From Acidimicrobiia bacterium (GTDB taxonomy: Bacteria; Actinomycetota; Acidimicrobiia; IMCC26256; PALSA-555): a DNA stretch of 63,532 nucleotides. Under the pieces are notes generated by a model. The model did not search any database, was not told where the DNA came from, and saw nothing but the letters and a program-made list of their open reading frames with translations. A program made the translations under genes and the position numbers. The stretch is from the NCBI GenBank assembly GCA_036521915.1, contig DATDGU010000175.1:1-63532 (forward strand), written 5' to 3'. Shown here in pieces: positions 9,383 through 18,303 of this stretch; within the stretch, counting starts at the first letter, position 1, and each line of letters begins with the position of its first letter.

Positions 9383-10243
9383 TCAGGATGGTGGAGCGTG
9401 AATCTCGGACGGGTGAGCAGCGCGGCGCTGATGGCGTCGGGCCTGGCCGGTGTCTTCATGCCCGGCAGTGTGTCGGCCGCACTCGAGCTGCCTGCGCAGA
9501 CCGCTCGCGGCACGGCCGAGACGCGCGCGGGGCTGGGCGGCACCTACGCGGCGCTCGGTGGGTGGGCACTCGTGAGTCGGAATCCCACCGCGCGGGCCGC
9601 CGTGGGCGTCGTGTGGCTCGGTGCAGCCACCGCCCGGCTTGCGTCGCTGCGGCTCGACCACCCGAGGACCGACGCCGCGTTCTGGGCCTACCTGGCCGTG
9701 GAGGTCAGCCTCGGCGCAGCCGCCGTGCTCGGTGCCGGGACGCCCGCGCGGTAGAGAGGCACCGTTGGTGACTCGCGGTCTCACACACCGCGAGTCGCGC
9801 CACCCGATGTGGACCGACGAGCGCAACAGTCCATCCTCTCTTCCTTGACCCGCCACCGGGTCCCGCCTTTCCTCACGCCTGGGCCCTCGAGCCGGGGCGT
9901 GCCAGACGAACGGGGCGGCGAGGCACAGACCAATGAGGAGGAGAAGCCAGAGGAGGGGGCTCAAGGGGAAGACCGCAGGAGCTGCCACCAGCACGGCCGC
10001 TCCGGCAGCGATGAGCGCCGCACGTCTGGGGCGCCGCCGAATCTCGGACGCGACGGCCGCCCAGGTCCGGCGTCGTCGCCCTGGGCCAGTGCGGTCACCG
10101 TCGGTGGCCGGTCCGCCGCTGGTGGCGGCCAGGTGCGCCCAGAACGAGGGCTCGGAGACCACACCGGTGGACTTCGCTCGCCGCGGTCGGTGCCGCCACC
10201 CGAGCGCGGCGGCGACCACGAGGAGGGCTCCCGCTGCCAGCAC
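9383..10243 (-). CDS. hypothetical membrane protein (only N-terminal ~120 aa convincing)
   Basis: ORF 9383..10243(-) begins with three TM-like segments (MLAAGALLVVAAALGW, AALIAAGAAVLVAAPAVF, LLWLLLLIGLCLAAPFVW). It then runs without a stop through a repeat copy and antisense to the DUF4345 gene. The true 3-prime end is unresolved. Confidence 0.25.
   Translation of the reverse strand: MLAAGALLVVAAALGWRHRPRRAKSTGVVSEPSFWAHLAATSGGPATDGDRTGPGRRRRTWAAVASEIRRRPRRAALIAAGAAVLVAAPAVFPLSPLLWLLLLIGLCLAAPFVWHAPARGPRREERRDPVAGQGREDGLLRSSVHIGWRDSRCVRPRVTNGASLPRGRPGTEHGGCAEADLHGQVGPERGVGPRVVEPQRRKPGGGCTEPHDAHGGPRGGIPTHECPPTERRVGAAQPRARLGRAASGLRRQLECGRHTAGHEDTGQARRHQRRAAHPSEIHAPPS
9398..9754 (+). CDS. DUF4345-like small membrane protein
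   Basis: In-frame GTG at 9398 inside ORF 9260..9754. Gives a 118-aa, 4-TM protein (VNLGRVSSAALMASGLAGVFMPG...AETRAGLGGTYAALGGW...). Confidence 0.6.
   Translation: MNLGRVSSAALMASGLAGVFMPGSVSAALELPAQTARGTAETRAGLGGTYAALGGWALVSRNPTARAAVGVVWLGAATARLASLRLDHPRTDAAFWAYLAVEVSLGAAAVLGAGTPAR
9771..9797. repeat. hairpin repeat copy
   Basis: GACTCGCGGT-CTCACAC-ACCGCGAGTC. 10-bp stem, atypical loop. Just after the DUF4345 stop. Confidence 0.8.
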
Positions 10244-10342
10244 CAGATCTCGCTCCTGTTGCTGAGGTGCAACGGGGAGGCCGGCGTCGGATTGCGCTCG
10301 GAGCGGCCAGGCGGTCGGAGCCTGGGAGCGGCGGGGGTCGGG

Positions 10343-11362
10343 TTAGCCGCGGGGCAGCGTGAGCGCGACCGTGCCGGTCGCGTGGGCCCCGAGGTCGGTG
10401 ACGGCCCGCACCGCGAGCTCCCGGCGCTGGACGTCGCCGTCTGACCGGTCACCGGTGACCTCGCCGCTGAAGCGCAGCGGGTGGCCGGGCACGGACGGCG
10501 CCCCGAGCCGGACCGAGATGCGCTCCACCATCGCCTCGGGTCCGGTCCAGTCGGTGACGTAGCGCGACAAGTAGCCGTTGGTGGTGAGGATGTTCATGAA
10601 GAGGTCTGGCGCGCCTTGGGCTTGGGCATAGTCGCGGTCGTGGTGGGCCGGCATGAAGTCACGTGACGCGATTGCGCCCGCGACGATGACCGTCGCCGTG
10701 ACGTCGAGCGTCGACGGTGGGAGCTGCGTCGTCGGTTCCTGGGGATCGGGAGCCTCGGCAGGGGACCGGTGCTCGGCGCGCTCCCGCGACGTGCTGGCCG
10801 TGGTCGGGCTGCCAGGAGCGAACCGAAAGACCCGGAAGCGCTGCCGGCCGACGAGCTCGTCACCGTCGGTTCGGTAGTCGGTGACCCAGGTGACGAAGTA
10901 GCCGGTGCCGAGCGCGGTGGCCTTTCGGTCCGAGACCGACTCGAGGACAGCGGACGACGAGATCTGGTCGCCGACCCGGAGGTAGCGGAGGAACTCGAGC
11001 TCCGAGTTCGTCGCGAGGGTCGCGGTGTACCCGGCAGCGGCGAGCAGACCGAGCGGGCTCTCCGGCGAGACCTCCATGGCCGCGCCACCGCGTGCCGCGA
11101 TCCCTTCGATGCGTGGACGCGCCATCGTCCAGGTCTGCAGCATCGCCGGCGGCGCGACGATGCCGCCGAAGCGCGACTTCACGGCGATCTCGTCGTCGAG
11201 ATACACCGGGTTGCGGTCATCGAGCGCATCGACCCAATGCCGGATCATCGGCAGGTTCACCGGGTCGGGCGCGACTGCGGGACCGCCGGCGCCCAACGGC
11301 TGGCCCAGGCAGCGATCGAGACTTCGGCGCACGGCGTCCTCGGTCGCCGTCGTGTCACTCAT
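10343..11362 (-). CDS. fused double hot-dog (FAS1-like dehydratase N-domain + MaoC-like dehydratase) protein
   Basis: 339 aa. The N half has IRHWVDALDDRNPVYLD (MaoC N-terminal-like). The C half has SRDFMPAHHDRDYAQAQGAPDLFMN (MaoC hydratase motif). A Pro/Thr-rich linker lies between them. Confidence 0.8.
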   Translation of the reverse strand: MSDTTATEDAVRRSLDRCLGQPLGAGGPAVAPDPVNLPMIRHWVDALDDRNPVYLDDEIAVKSRFGGIVAPPAMLQTWTMARPRIEGIAARGGAAMEVSPESPLGLLAAAGYTATLATNSELEFLRYLRVGDQISSSAVLESVSDRKATALGTGYFVTWVTDYRTDGDELVGRQRFRVFRFAPGSPTTASTSRERAEHRSPAEAPDPQEPTTQLPPSTLDVTATVIVAGAIASRDFMPAHHDRDYAQAQGAPDLFMNILTTNGYLSRYVTDWTGPEAMVERISVRLGAPSVPGHPLRFSGEVTGDRSDGDVQRRELAVRAVTDLGAHATGTVALTLPRG

Positions 11363-11492
11363 CGTGACCGGAGGCTACCGATCAGCTGGCGACGGGTGCC
11401 GTGTGTTGTCGTGGTCGTCTCAAAGGATGAGGACGTGCGACGAGGCCTCCGCGGCGTGCATCCGCGGGGACTTCCCGAGTGCGCGGCGCACG

Positions 11493-12641
11493 TCAGCGCG
11501 CGTCGGGCGTCCCGTCCCCGGCGAAGCGACCGATCGAGAGCGGGGACACGTCCGGTGGCGCCTCGCCGTCCCGGATCCAGGCGGCGATGAGCGTCGCGGT
11601 GACGGCGGACATGAGGATGCCGGTGCGGTAGTGGCCCGACGTCAGCCAGGCGTTCTCGACATTTGGGATGCGGTCGAGCACCGGGCGCAGGTCGGGGTGC
11701 GCGGGGCGGAAGCAGCACCAGGCGTGCGTCACGCCGATGCCGGTGACCGCCGGGAGAAAGGCGGCCGCCCATTCTGGGAGCGAGGCGGCGAGCCCGATGT
11801 CGACGTCGGGAGAGTGGTCATCGACGTCGAGGGTCCCGCCCACCAGGAGCCGCCCATCCGCGAGCTGGGTTCCGATCGGCTCGACGGGACCGGGCAGGCG
11901 CACGGGTGCGGGCGCGGTCGCGACGATGTGTCCCTTCACACGGTGCGCGGGCAGCTCGAGTGGGAGACCGGGGAGCTGTGGCGGCCCGCCTGTCGCGAAC
12001 GCCACCACACCCGGGCTCAGCGGTCCTGCGGTCGTCGCCAGCTGGGTGACCCGGCCATCGCGCACGACGGCGTCGGTCACGCTCACGCGGGTGGCGACGC
12101 CCGGCAGACGCCCAGCCAGTCGGGCCAACGCCTGGAGCGGGTTGACCCGGGCCTGGCCCGGGACGCGCACCCCAGCGGTCGGGCGCGCGAGCCCGGGGAG
12201 CAGCTCGGCGATCTCCGACGGGCCGAGTGACTCCGCGCCGGGCGGCGGGCGGAAGGCGGGTGCGAGCGGCTCCAGACCGAGCCAGTCGACGTCGACGAGT
12301 CCGACGCCGCCTTCCCTCGCGTCGAGCTCGCGCCAGGCCTGCAGGCTTCGGGTGGCCAGACGAACGAACCAGTCTGGGTCGGTCCCGCTGTGCGCCGCCG
12401 GCGTGAGGAGGCCGAGCGCGCCGCCGCTGGCCTCCGCGCCCAGGCGGGTCCGCTCGAGGAGGACCACGTCGCCGAGGCCGGCACGCGTGCAGGCCTCGGC
12501 CGTCGCGACACCGAGGATCCCGCCGCCGACGACGGCGACGTCCGGTCGGCGGGCCAGCCCCTCGGGAACTCCAGGATCCAGGGCCGCGGCCTCGTCGGTG
12601 TCGAGCAGGTCGTGCCAGATGGCATGGAAGCGGGTCGTCAT
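11493..12641 (-). CDS. FAD-dependent oxidoreductase (DAO / glycine-D-amino-acid oxidase family)
   Basis: 382 aa. Dinucleotide-binding VAVVGGGILGVATAEACTRAG near the N-terminus. Confidence 0.8.
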   Translation of the reverse strand: MTTRFHAIWHDLLDTDEAAALDPGVPEGLARRPDVAVVGGGILGVATAEACTRAGLGDVVLLERTRLGAEASGGALGLLTPAAHSGTDPDWFVRLATRSLQAWRELDAREGGVGLVDVDWLGLEPLAPAFRPPPGAESLGPSEIAELLPGLARPTAGVRVPGQARVNPLQALARLAGRLPGVATRVSVTDAVVRDGRVTQLATTAGPLSPGVVAFATGGPPQLPGLPLELPAHRVKGHIVATAPAPVRLPGPVEPIGTQLADGRLLVGGTLDVDDHSPDVDIGLAASLPEWAAAFLPAVTGIGVTHAWCCFRPAHPDLRPVLDRIPNVENAWLTSGHYRTGILMSAVTATLIAAWIRDGEAPPDVSPLSIGRFAGDGTPDAR

Positions 12642-12754
12642 GCTGGCGTGGTCGCGATCACGCTCGACCCCCTACGGGGAGCGGACCTGGCTCGCCGGGA
12701 AGCGCGTCGGGTCCTCCCCACGCCACCAACCCGGCGCCGTCCCGATACGCGCGG

Positions 12755-13375
12755 TCACGTCGCCGCCGAGCTCGCGTCGATCCGGAAGGTCGCCTGGGTC
12801 GAGCTCCCCTGGTTACCGCTCGCGACCACCGTGTAGGTGCCGGCGACGTCGCTCGTGCCGGTCTGATACATCGTCGTCACCGATCCGTCCGGCCCCGCGG
12901 TGTGTGCCGGTCCGGTGAACTTCACGCCTGGCCCGTTGATCTGAAACGTGACGGTCTCGTTCGGCTTGGCGCCGGTCAAGGTCAGCATGAACGCCGTCCC
13001 GGCCGGACCGTCACCCGGGCTGATCGTGACCTGGACCGGCGGGCGCGGCGGGACCTCGAGCGTCTGGCCGACGGTCAGCGTGGCCACGTCCGACAGGTGG
13101 TTGACCGACGCCAGCGCGTCGACCGTGATTCCGAAGAAATGGGCCAGGTTCGTCAGCGAGTCCCCTTGCTTGACCTGGTAGGTGAAGAACGGGCGCGTCG
13201 TGGTTGTCGTGGACGAGGAGGCGACGGATCGATGCCGGGTTGGCTTGGTCGTCGACGGCTTCGATGACCCCGCACAGGCGGCGAGCATCAACGACACGGC
13301 TATCACCGCAATGCGCCGACGGGGCCGCTGGGTCCACGCGTACCCCGGCACCGTGGCTGTGCCAGGCCTGAACAC
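12755..13375 (-). CDS. LysM domain lipoprotein
   Basis: Signal peptide with lipobox (SLMLAAC), Ser/Thr-rich linker, LysM (YQVKQGDSLTNLAHFFGITVDALASVNHL...GQTLEVP), then an Ig-like beta-rich C-terminus. Confidence 0.8.
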   Translation of the reverse strand: MFRPGTATVPGYAWTQRPRRRIAVIAVSLMLAACAGSSKPSTTKPTRHRSVASSSTTTTTRPFFTYQVKQGDSLTNLAHFFGITVDALASVNHLSDVATLTVGQTLEVPPRPPVQVTISPGDGPAGTAFMLTLTGAKPNETVTFQINGPGVKFTGPAHTAGPDGSVTTMYQTGTSDVAGTYTVVASGNQGSSTQATFRIDASSAAT

Positions 13376-13518
13376 CTCTCACGCAGGGTCGCGCAGGTGA
13401 GCCCGAGCTTCAAGGACGCTACGGCGAGACCTCGGGTCACGTGCTCGCCGTAGGAGCGGACATCGCCGATGCGTGTGACAGCTCCGGAGTCGGGGTGCGC
13501 TCGGACCCATCCCCGCCG

Positions 13519-14160
13519 TCACGACTCGGACAGCACCTTCTTCTTCTGGGCCTCGAACTCCTCTTGGGTCAGCGCACCGCGGTCTCGGAGGTCGGCGAGC
13601 TTGGCGATCTCGTCCGCCGGATCGGGCCTCGCCACGGGAGGACCAAAGCGCGTCGGCCCGGTAATCCCGGCGGACGCCATCGCGTTGGCGCTCATCTGAT
13701 TGGCGCGCGCCGTCATCTCCTGACGGAATTCGGCGGGATGGTCGATGGCCTCCTTCATCATGTCGTGGGCCGATTCGCCACCGAGCTGTTCCATCGCCGC
13801 CTGCGTGCCGTCCGAGATGTGGGACAACACCTCGGTCGCCTGACCTTCCGAGCTGTGGTCGACCACGACCTTCGAATGATCATCCGGGTCGTACAGCACC
13901 CCGACGGTGTCGCCAACCGCGGGACGGCTGCCCAGCTCGGGATAGGGCTCCGTGACCTCCGCCGCGAACGACGCCTCGTTGTCCGGTGTCACCCGGAGCG
14001 TCAGCTTCCAGTTGACGTGGGCGCTCGCCACCTGCTGCGCCGCGTCATTCCCGGTCGAGATGGCGAACTTGCCCTTCTTCGCCGCGGTCACCTGAGCCGG
14101 AGCCGTCTTGCCTCCACCCTCCCGGAGCTTCTGCTCGAGTCGTTCGGCGCTCCCAAACAC
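13519..14160 (-). CDS. SHOCT domain protein
   Basis: C-terminal SHOCT motif IAKLADLRDRGALTQEEFEAQKKKVL. The N-terminal domain is paralogous to the protein at 51337..52077 (VGVLYDPDDHSKVVVD vs ADVLYDPDNHSNTILD). Confidence 0.75.
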   Translation of the reverse strand: MFGSAERLEQKLREGGGKTAPAQVTAAKKGKFAISTGNDAAQQVASAHVNWKLTLRVTPDNEASFAAEVTEPYPELGSRPAVGDTVGVLYDPDDHSKVVVDHSSEGQATEVLSHISDGTQAAMEQLGGESAHDMMKEAIDHPAEFRQEMTARANQMSANAMASAGITGPTRFGPPVARPDPADEIAKLADLRDRGALTQEEFEAQKKKVLSES

Positions 14161-14416
14161 GGCCCTTCCCTTTGTGTCGGTGTTCCGGCTGGCTCGGCGT
14201 CGTACCGCCGTGATCGGTGGTCTCGTGCCGTCACGGCCATCCTCCCAAGGTCGTCATGCCGCCGGCTTGAGTAACGCCTACTTATGCCGCTGCGCGTCGG
14301 GACATGCGACGGCCACGGCCGGTGGTCCCGGGTCCGAGGCCGGGTCGGGCCGACCTCTCTCCCGGAGGGTGTCGGACGGGCACCCCACCGAGGCCTGCGT
14401 CAGTACGGTGCAGCGC

Positions 14417-14856
14417 ATGACCGTCGTCCGTTCCGCGCGATCGAGCGACGCGGGTGCGATCGTCGCCTTGTGGCGCACCGTGGACGACGTGTTGCCGAGC
14501 GTCACCGACGACGAGCGTGCCGTCACCACACTGCTGACGCGCGATCCGACGTCGATGCTCGTGGCCGAGGAGGCAGGCCACCTCGGGGCAGGCCACCTCG
14601 TCGGTACCCTCATCGTCGGCTGGGACGGCTGGCGAGGCAATCTCTATCGGTTGGCCGTTGATCCCTCGGCCCGACGTCGAGGCGTCGCCCGCACGCTCGT
14701 CGAGCAGGCCGAGATCCAGCTTTGCGGCGCAAGGGTGCCGGCGAGTGTCAGCGATCGTGGCCGCGTCGGAACCGCCCGCCGTCGGTTTGGGGCGCGGCGG
14801 GCTACGGCCGTCAGGACGAGATGCACCGCTTCGTCAAGAACCTCGATGGTTCGTGA
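14417..14856 (+). pseudogene. GNAT N-acetyltransferase interrupted by two +1 frameshifts
   Basis: MTVVRSARSSDAGAIVALW...LYRLAVDPSARRRGVARTLVEQAEIQL in frame A. AAQGCRRVSAIVAASEPPAVG in frame B. WGAAGYGRQDEMHRFVKNLDGS* in frame C. Removing one T from the TTT runs at 14721-14723 and 14786-14788 restores a 145-aa GNAT. Confidence 0.7.
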
Positions 14857-15130
14857 CGACCCGCCGCGACCCTTGGATCGCGAGCGGCGGCTCGAGGCTG
14901 GCCGATGTGCGGCCCGTGACCGAGGCACGTCGAGCCCCTCGGAGGTCACTTTCTTCCCTATATATAGGCGCGCATCTACGTGGCGCAGCCGGCTCGCTGG
15001 GCAACCTGATCCATGAAGCCGCGGAACCCGCTCTCTTCCCAGGGAACGGGGAGCGGCGACCGATGATTTTGGCGTCTGGCGATCGTCGGACGCTGCACAG
15101 AGATCAAGCACCCCGGCGATCGGAGCGAAC

Positions 15131-15766
15131 GTGACGGGCGACGAGCATCTCCAACCCATGGTGGCCGCCGAGTATCTGGCCCTCGCAGACGTCCTGGCGT
15201 CGGCGAGCGACGCCGACTGGAGCACTCCCTCGCTGTGCGAGGGCTGGCGAGTGCGCGAGGTCATCGCACACCTGACCATGCCCGCTCGCTACGACGAGGA
15301 GGCGTTCCTTGCCGAACTGCGAGCTCGGAACTTCGACTTTCCTCGGCTGTCCAACGAGATCGCCGCACGTGACGCCCAGTTGCCAGCGGAGCAGCTTGTC
15401 GCCAACCTCCGCTCCAACACGTTGCACTCGTGGGCTCCACCCGGGGGCGGGTATCACGGTGCCCTGAACCACGTGGTGATCCATGGGCTCGACGTGACGG
15501 TGCCGTTGGGGCTGCAGCGCCTCCCGGCGGATGAGCCGATGCGAGTCGTGCTGGGCGATCTCACGAAGGGCGAGCTCCACAGCCAGTTCGGCACCTCCAT
15601 CGATGGGAGGACACTCGAAGCCACCGATCTCGACTGGTCGCACGGATCAGGCCCGCCGCTGCGTGCGTCGGCCGGCGACCTTGCCCTGCTGCTCTGCGGA
15701 CGCACGATCGGGCCCGGTCGATTCGAAGGCGAGCCGCTCGCCACACCGCTGTCCGAGGCAACCTGA
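15131..15766 (+). CDS. maleylpyruvate isomerase-family mycothiol-dependent (DinB-like) enzyme
   Basis: 211 aa. N-terminal pattern EYLALADVLASASDADWSTPSLCEGWRVREVIAHL, typical of the TIGR03083-like family. Confidence 0.8.
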   Translation: MTGDEHLQPMVAAEYLALADVLASASDADWSTPSLCEGWRVREVIAHLTMPARYDEEAFLAELRARNFDFPRLSNEIAARDAQLPAEQLVANLRSNTLHSWAPPGGGYHGALNHVVIHGLDVTVPLGLQRLPADEPMRVVLGDLTKGELHSQFGTSIDGRTLEATDLDWSHGSGPPLRASAGDLALLLCGRTIGPGRFEGEPLATPLSEAT

Positions 15767-16077
15767 GTCGGTCGACTTACCGTGCGTCCAACGGTGCGCT
15801 GGGGAACCCGCGTGGGGCACGATGTGACGTCGCGGTACAACAACGGCCGCGTCGCGGAAGCACCCACGCGCTCCGTGTCGGCCGGTGTGTGCTACGGTGT
15901 TCTCGTCCGGCCGGGTGCGAACCCTTCGTTCGTCCGCTGGACTCCCACTTGGTTGCCGGCTTGTCCGCGCGCTCCGGGTCCCTCAGGGTCCACGGTTCAG
16001 TGTCTCGGGTGCCTCCGCCTCGTGAACCTGACCGACCTCCACCGACGGTGGAGCCAAAAAACCGGAGTACTTCCACT

Positions 16078-17457
16078 GTGTCCCCCTCCTTCTCAGACCT
16101 TGGGGTTCCCGATCGCCTGGTCGCGACGCTCGCGGCCCGCGGCCTCGATACCCCCCTACCGATCCAGGCCCTGACCATCCCTGACGCCCGAGCCGGCCGC
16201 GACGTGTGCGGCCAAGCCCCCACCGGATCGGGCAAGACCATCGCCTTCGGCATCCCGCTCGTCGGGCGGGTCGGACGCGCCGAGGCGCGACGACCCCGAG
16301 CGCTCGTGCTGGTCCCCACCCGCGAGCTCGCGAACCAAGTTGCCGGCGAGCTCGAGTGGCTCGGCAGCGGCGACGGTGTACGCGTCGCCGCCTGCTACGG
16401 CGGCGTCGGCCTCGAGCGCCAACGTCGGGCGCTGCGACGCGGCGTCGACATCCTCGTCGCATGCCCCGGCCGCCTGAGCGACCTGATCGGGCGCGGCGAC
16501 GCTGACCTCGGTGCCGTCGAGATCGTCGTCGTCGACGAGGCCGACCGAATGGCCGACATGGGGTTCCTCCCTCAGGTGAGACGACTCCTCGACCAGACGT
16601 CATCGAAACGCCAGACGCTGCTCTTCTCGGCGACGCTCGACGAGACCGCCGAGTCGCTGGTTCGCCGGTACCAACGAAACCCCGTTGTGCACCGCCACGC
16701 GGCGGCGCCCGAGGAGCGCGGTCGCGTGACGCACCTCTTCTGGCAGGTTGACGATGGCGAGCGCGTCGAGACGTGCGCCGGCCTCATCCGCGATTCGGGA
16801 TCCACGATCGTGTTTTGCCGGACCCGACGCCGGGCCGATCGCGTCGCTCGGCAGCTGGCCAGCGCTGGGATCCGCTCGGATGCCATTCACGGATCGCGGT
16901 CGCAGCCGCAACGCGATCGGGCCCTTGCCGCCTTCGGCGATGGGGCGATCGACGCGCTGGTTGCGACGGATGTCGCCGCCCGCGGGATCCACGTCGACGA
17001 TGTTGGGTGCGTCGTCCACTATGACCCCGCGCCGAGCGTGACCGACTACACCCACCGAGCTGGTCGAACCGCTCGGGCCGGAGCATCCGGACTCGTGATC
17101 TCGTTGGTGCAACCGGACCAGGCGAAAGAGGCCAGGGACATCCAGCGGCACCTGAAGCTGCCACTCGGTCTCACCAGACCGCAGCGGAACGTCGCCGCTC
17201 CCCCGACCGTCCGGGAGCTCCCAGACGAGCCGGCCGCCGCCGTCGACGCGAGCGACACCACGGGCACCATCCGATGGTTCAACCCACGCAAGGGCTACGG
17301 CTTCATCACTCGCGACGGTGGCGACGACGTCTTCGTGCACGCGTCATCCATCGCCGGCGTACCTCTCCGCAACGTACGCAACGGGAGTCGTGTGGCATTC
17401 GAGATCAGACCCGGACGGAACGGCCAACAGGCCTGGAACGTCGCCTTGGTCGCCTGA
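16078..17457 (+). CDS. DEAD-box RNA helicase with C-terminal cold-shock domain
   Basis: Q-motif (FSDLGV...PLPIQ), Walker A AQAPTGSGKT, DEAD box VVDEAD, SAT, HRAGRTAR. The C-terminal 65 aa form a CspA-like domain (GTIRWFNPRKGYGFITRDGGDDVFVHASSI). Start GTG at 16078 inside ORF 15889..17457. Confidence 0.9.
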   Translation: MSPSFSDLGVPDRLVATLAARGLDTPLPIQALTIPDARAGRDVCGQAPTGSGKTIAFGIPLVGRVGRAEARRPRALVLVPTRELANQVAGELEWLGSGDGVRVAACYGGVGLERQRRALRRGVDILVACPGRLSDLIGRGDADLGAVEIVVVDEADRMADMGFLPQVRRLLDQTSSKRQTLLFSATLDETAESLVRRYQRNPVVHRHAAAPEERGRVTHLFWQVDDGERVETCAGLIRDSGSTIVFCRTRRRADRVARQLASAGIRSDAIHGSRSQPQRDRALAAFGDGAIDALVATDVAARGIHVDDVGCVVHYDPAPSVTDYTHRAGRTARAGASGLVISLVQPDQAKEARDIQRHLKLPLGLTRPQRNVAAPPTVRELPDEPAAAVDASDTTGTIRWFNPRKGYGFITRDGGDDVFVHASSIAGVPLRNVRNGSRVAFEIRPGRNGQQAWNVALVA

Positions 17458-17607
17458 CTCGAGGCCGTCGCTCAGGTGGCTTCGCGACGTGCGGTTCAGC
17501 GGGTGTCAGTCGGATTCACCGAACTGATCGGCGCATGAGTCCTCGCCGCCGATGATGTGACGTCCGTCATCTGCTGATCGTCGACGCCAAGGACCATGAT
17601 GTGACCA

Positions 17608-18303
17608 GTGCCTGGTCCCGCACGCTTCGAGGTCGACGCCAGAACGCCTCTGCGCGTTGCCACCCGATCTGGCTCGGTGAAGATCACCGGTGAAGACCGC
17701 CAGGACGTACTCGTCGAGTCAGGTGCCCACGAGGTGACCAGAGGAGATGAGGGCATCGAAGTCACGGGCCGGTCAGCCGCCCTGGTGATTCATTGTCCAC
17801 TCCACACCGATGCGTTCGTCGGCTGCGCGTCGGGCGTGGTCTCGCTCCATGGCCCGCTGGGCGCAGTCCGGGTGACGACGAGGAGCGGGCGCATCAGCAT
17901 CGAGCAGGCCTACCGCGTCGACGCCAGAACGGCATCAGGTGACATCACCGTCGAAAGCTGCGACGGGGAGTGCCGATGCCAGACGAAGAGTGGGCGGCTC
18001 CGAGTGGGCCGAGCCGGTTCCGGAGAGCTCGTGGCCGCGTCCGGCCGCGTTGACGTCTACGCGATCGGGGCGGTGCGGGTTCGGATGGGCAGCGGGAAGG
18101 TGACGATCGGCCTCACCGAGGCCGCACCGGTCGACGTCGAGACTCACTCGGGGTCCGTGATCCTGAACGTACCGACGGGCCTGCGTCCGGCGCTCGAGCT
18201 AGACACGGCAAGTGGTCGGGTGCGCTGCGACTGCGAGCCCGGCTCCGACGGTGTGATTCGCGTCAGGACGCGCAGCGGATCGATCTCGGTGATCGAGCGT
18301 TGA
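17608..18303 (+). CDS. DUF4097-family beta-strand repeat protein
   Basis: 231 aa of repeated SG-[xx]-[VI]-x-[VI] strands (TRSGSVKIT, TRSGRISIE, TASGDITVE, TKSGRLRVG, THSGSVILN, TRSGSISVI). Confidence 0.75.
   Translation: MPGPARFEVDARTPLRVATRSGSVKITGEDRQDVLVESGAHEVTRGDEGIEVTGRSAALVIHCPLHTDAFVGCASGVVSLHGPLGAVRVTTRSGRISIEQAYRVDARTASGDITVESCDGECRCQTKSGRLRVGRAGSGELVAASGRVDVYAIGAVRVRMGSGKVTIGLTEAAPVDVETHSGSVILNVPTGLRPALELDTASGRVRCDCEPGSDGVIRVRTRSGSISVIER

Noticed and set aside
14866-14895. Additional hairpin repeat copy (CGCGACCCTTGGATCGCGAGCGG)
   Set aside because: Only the loop-proximal GGATCGCGAG matches the consensus. The arms do not match it, so the copy is too degenerate to count.
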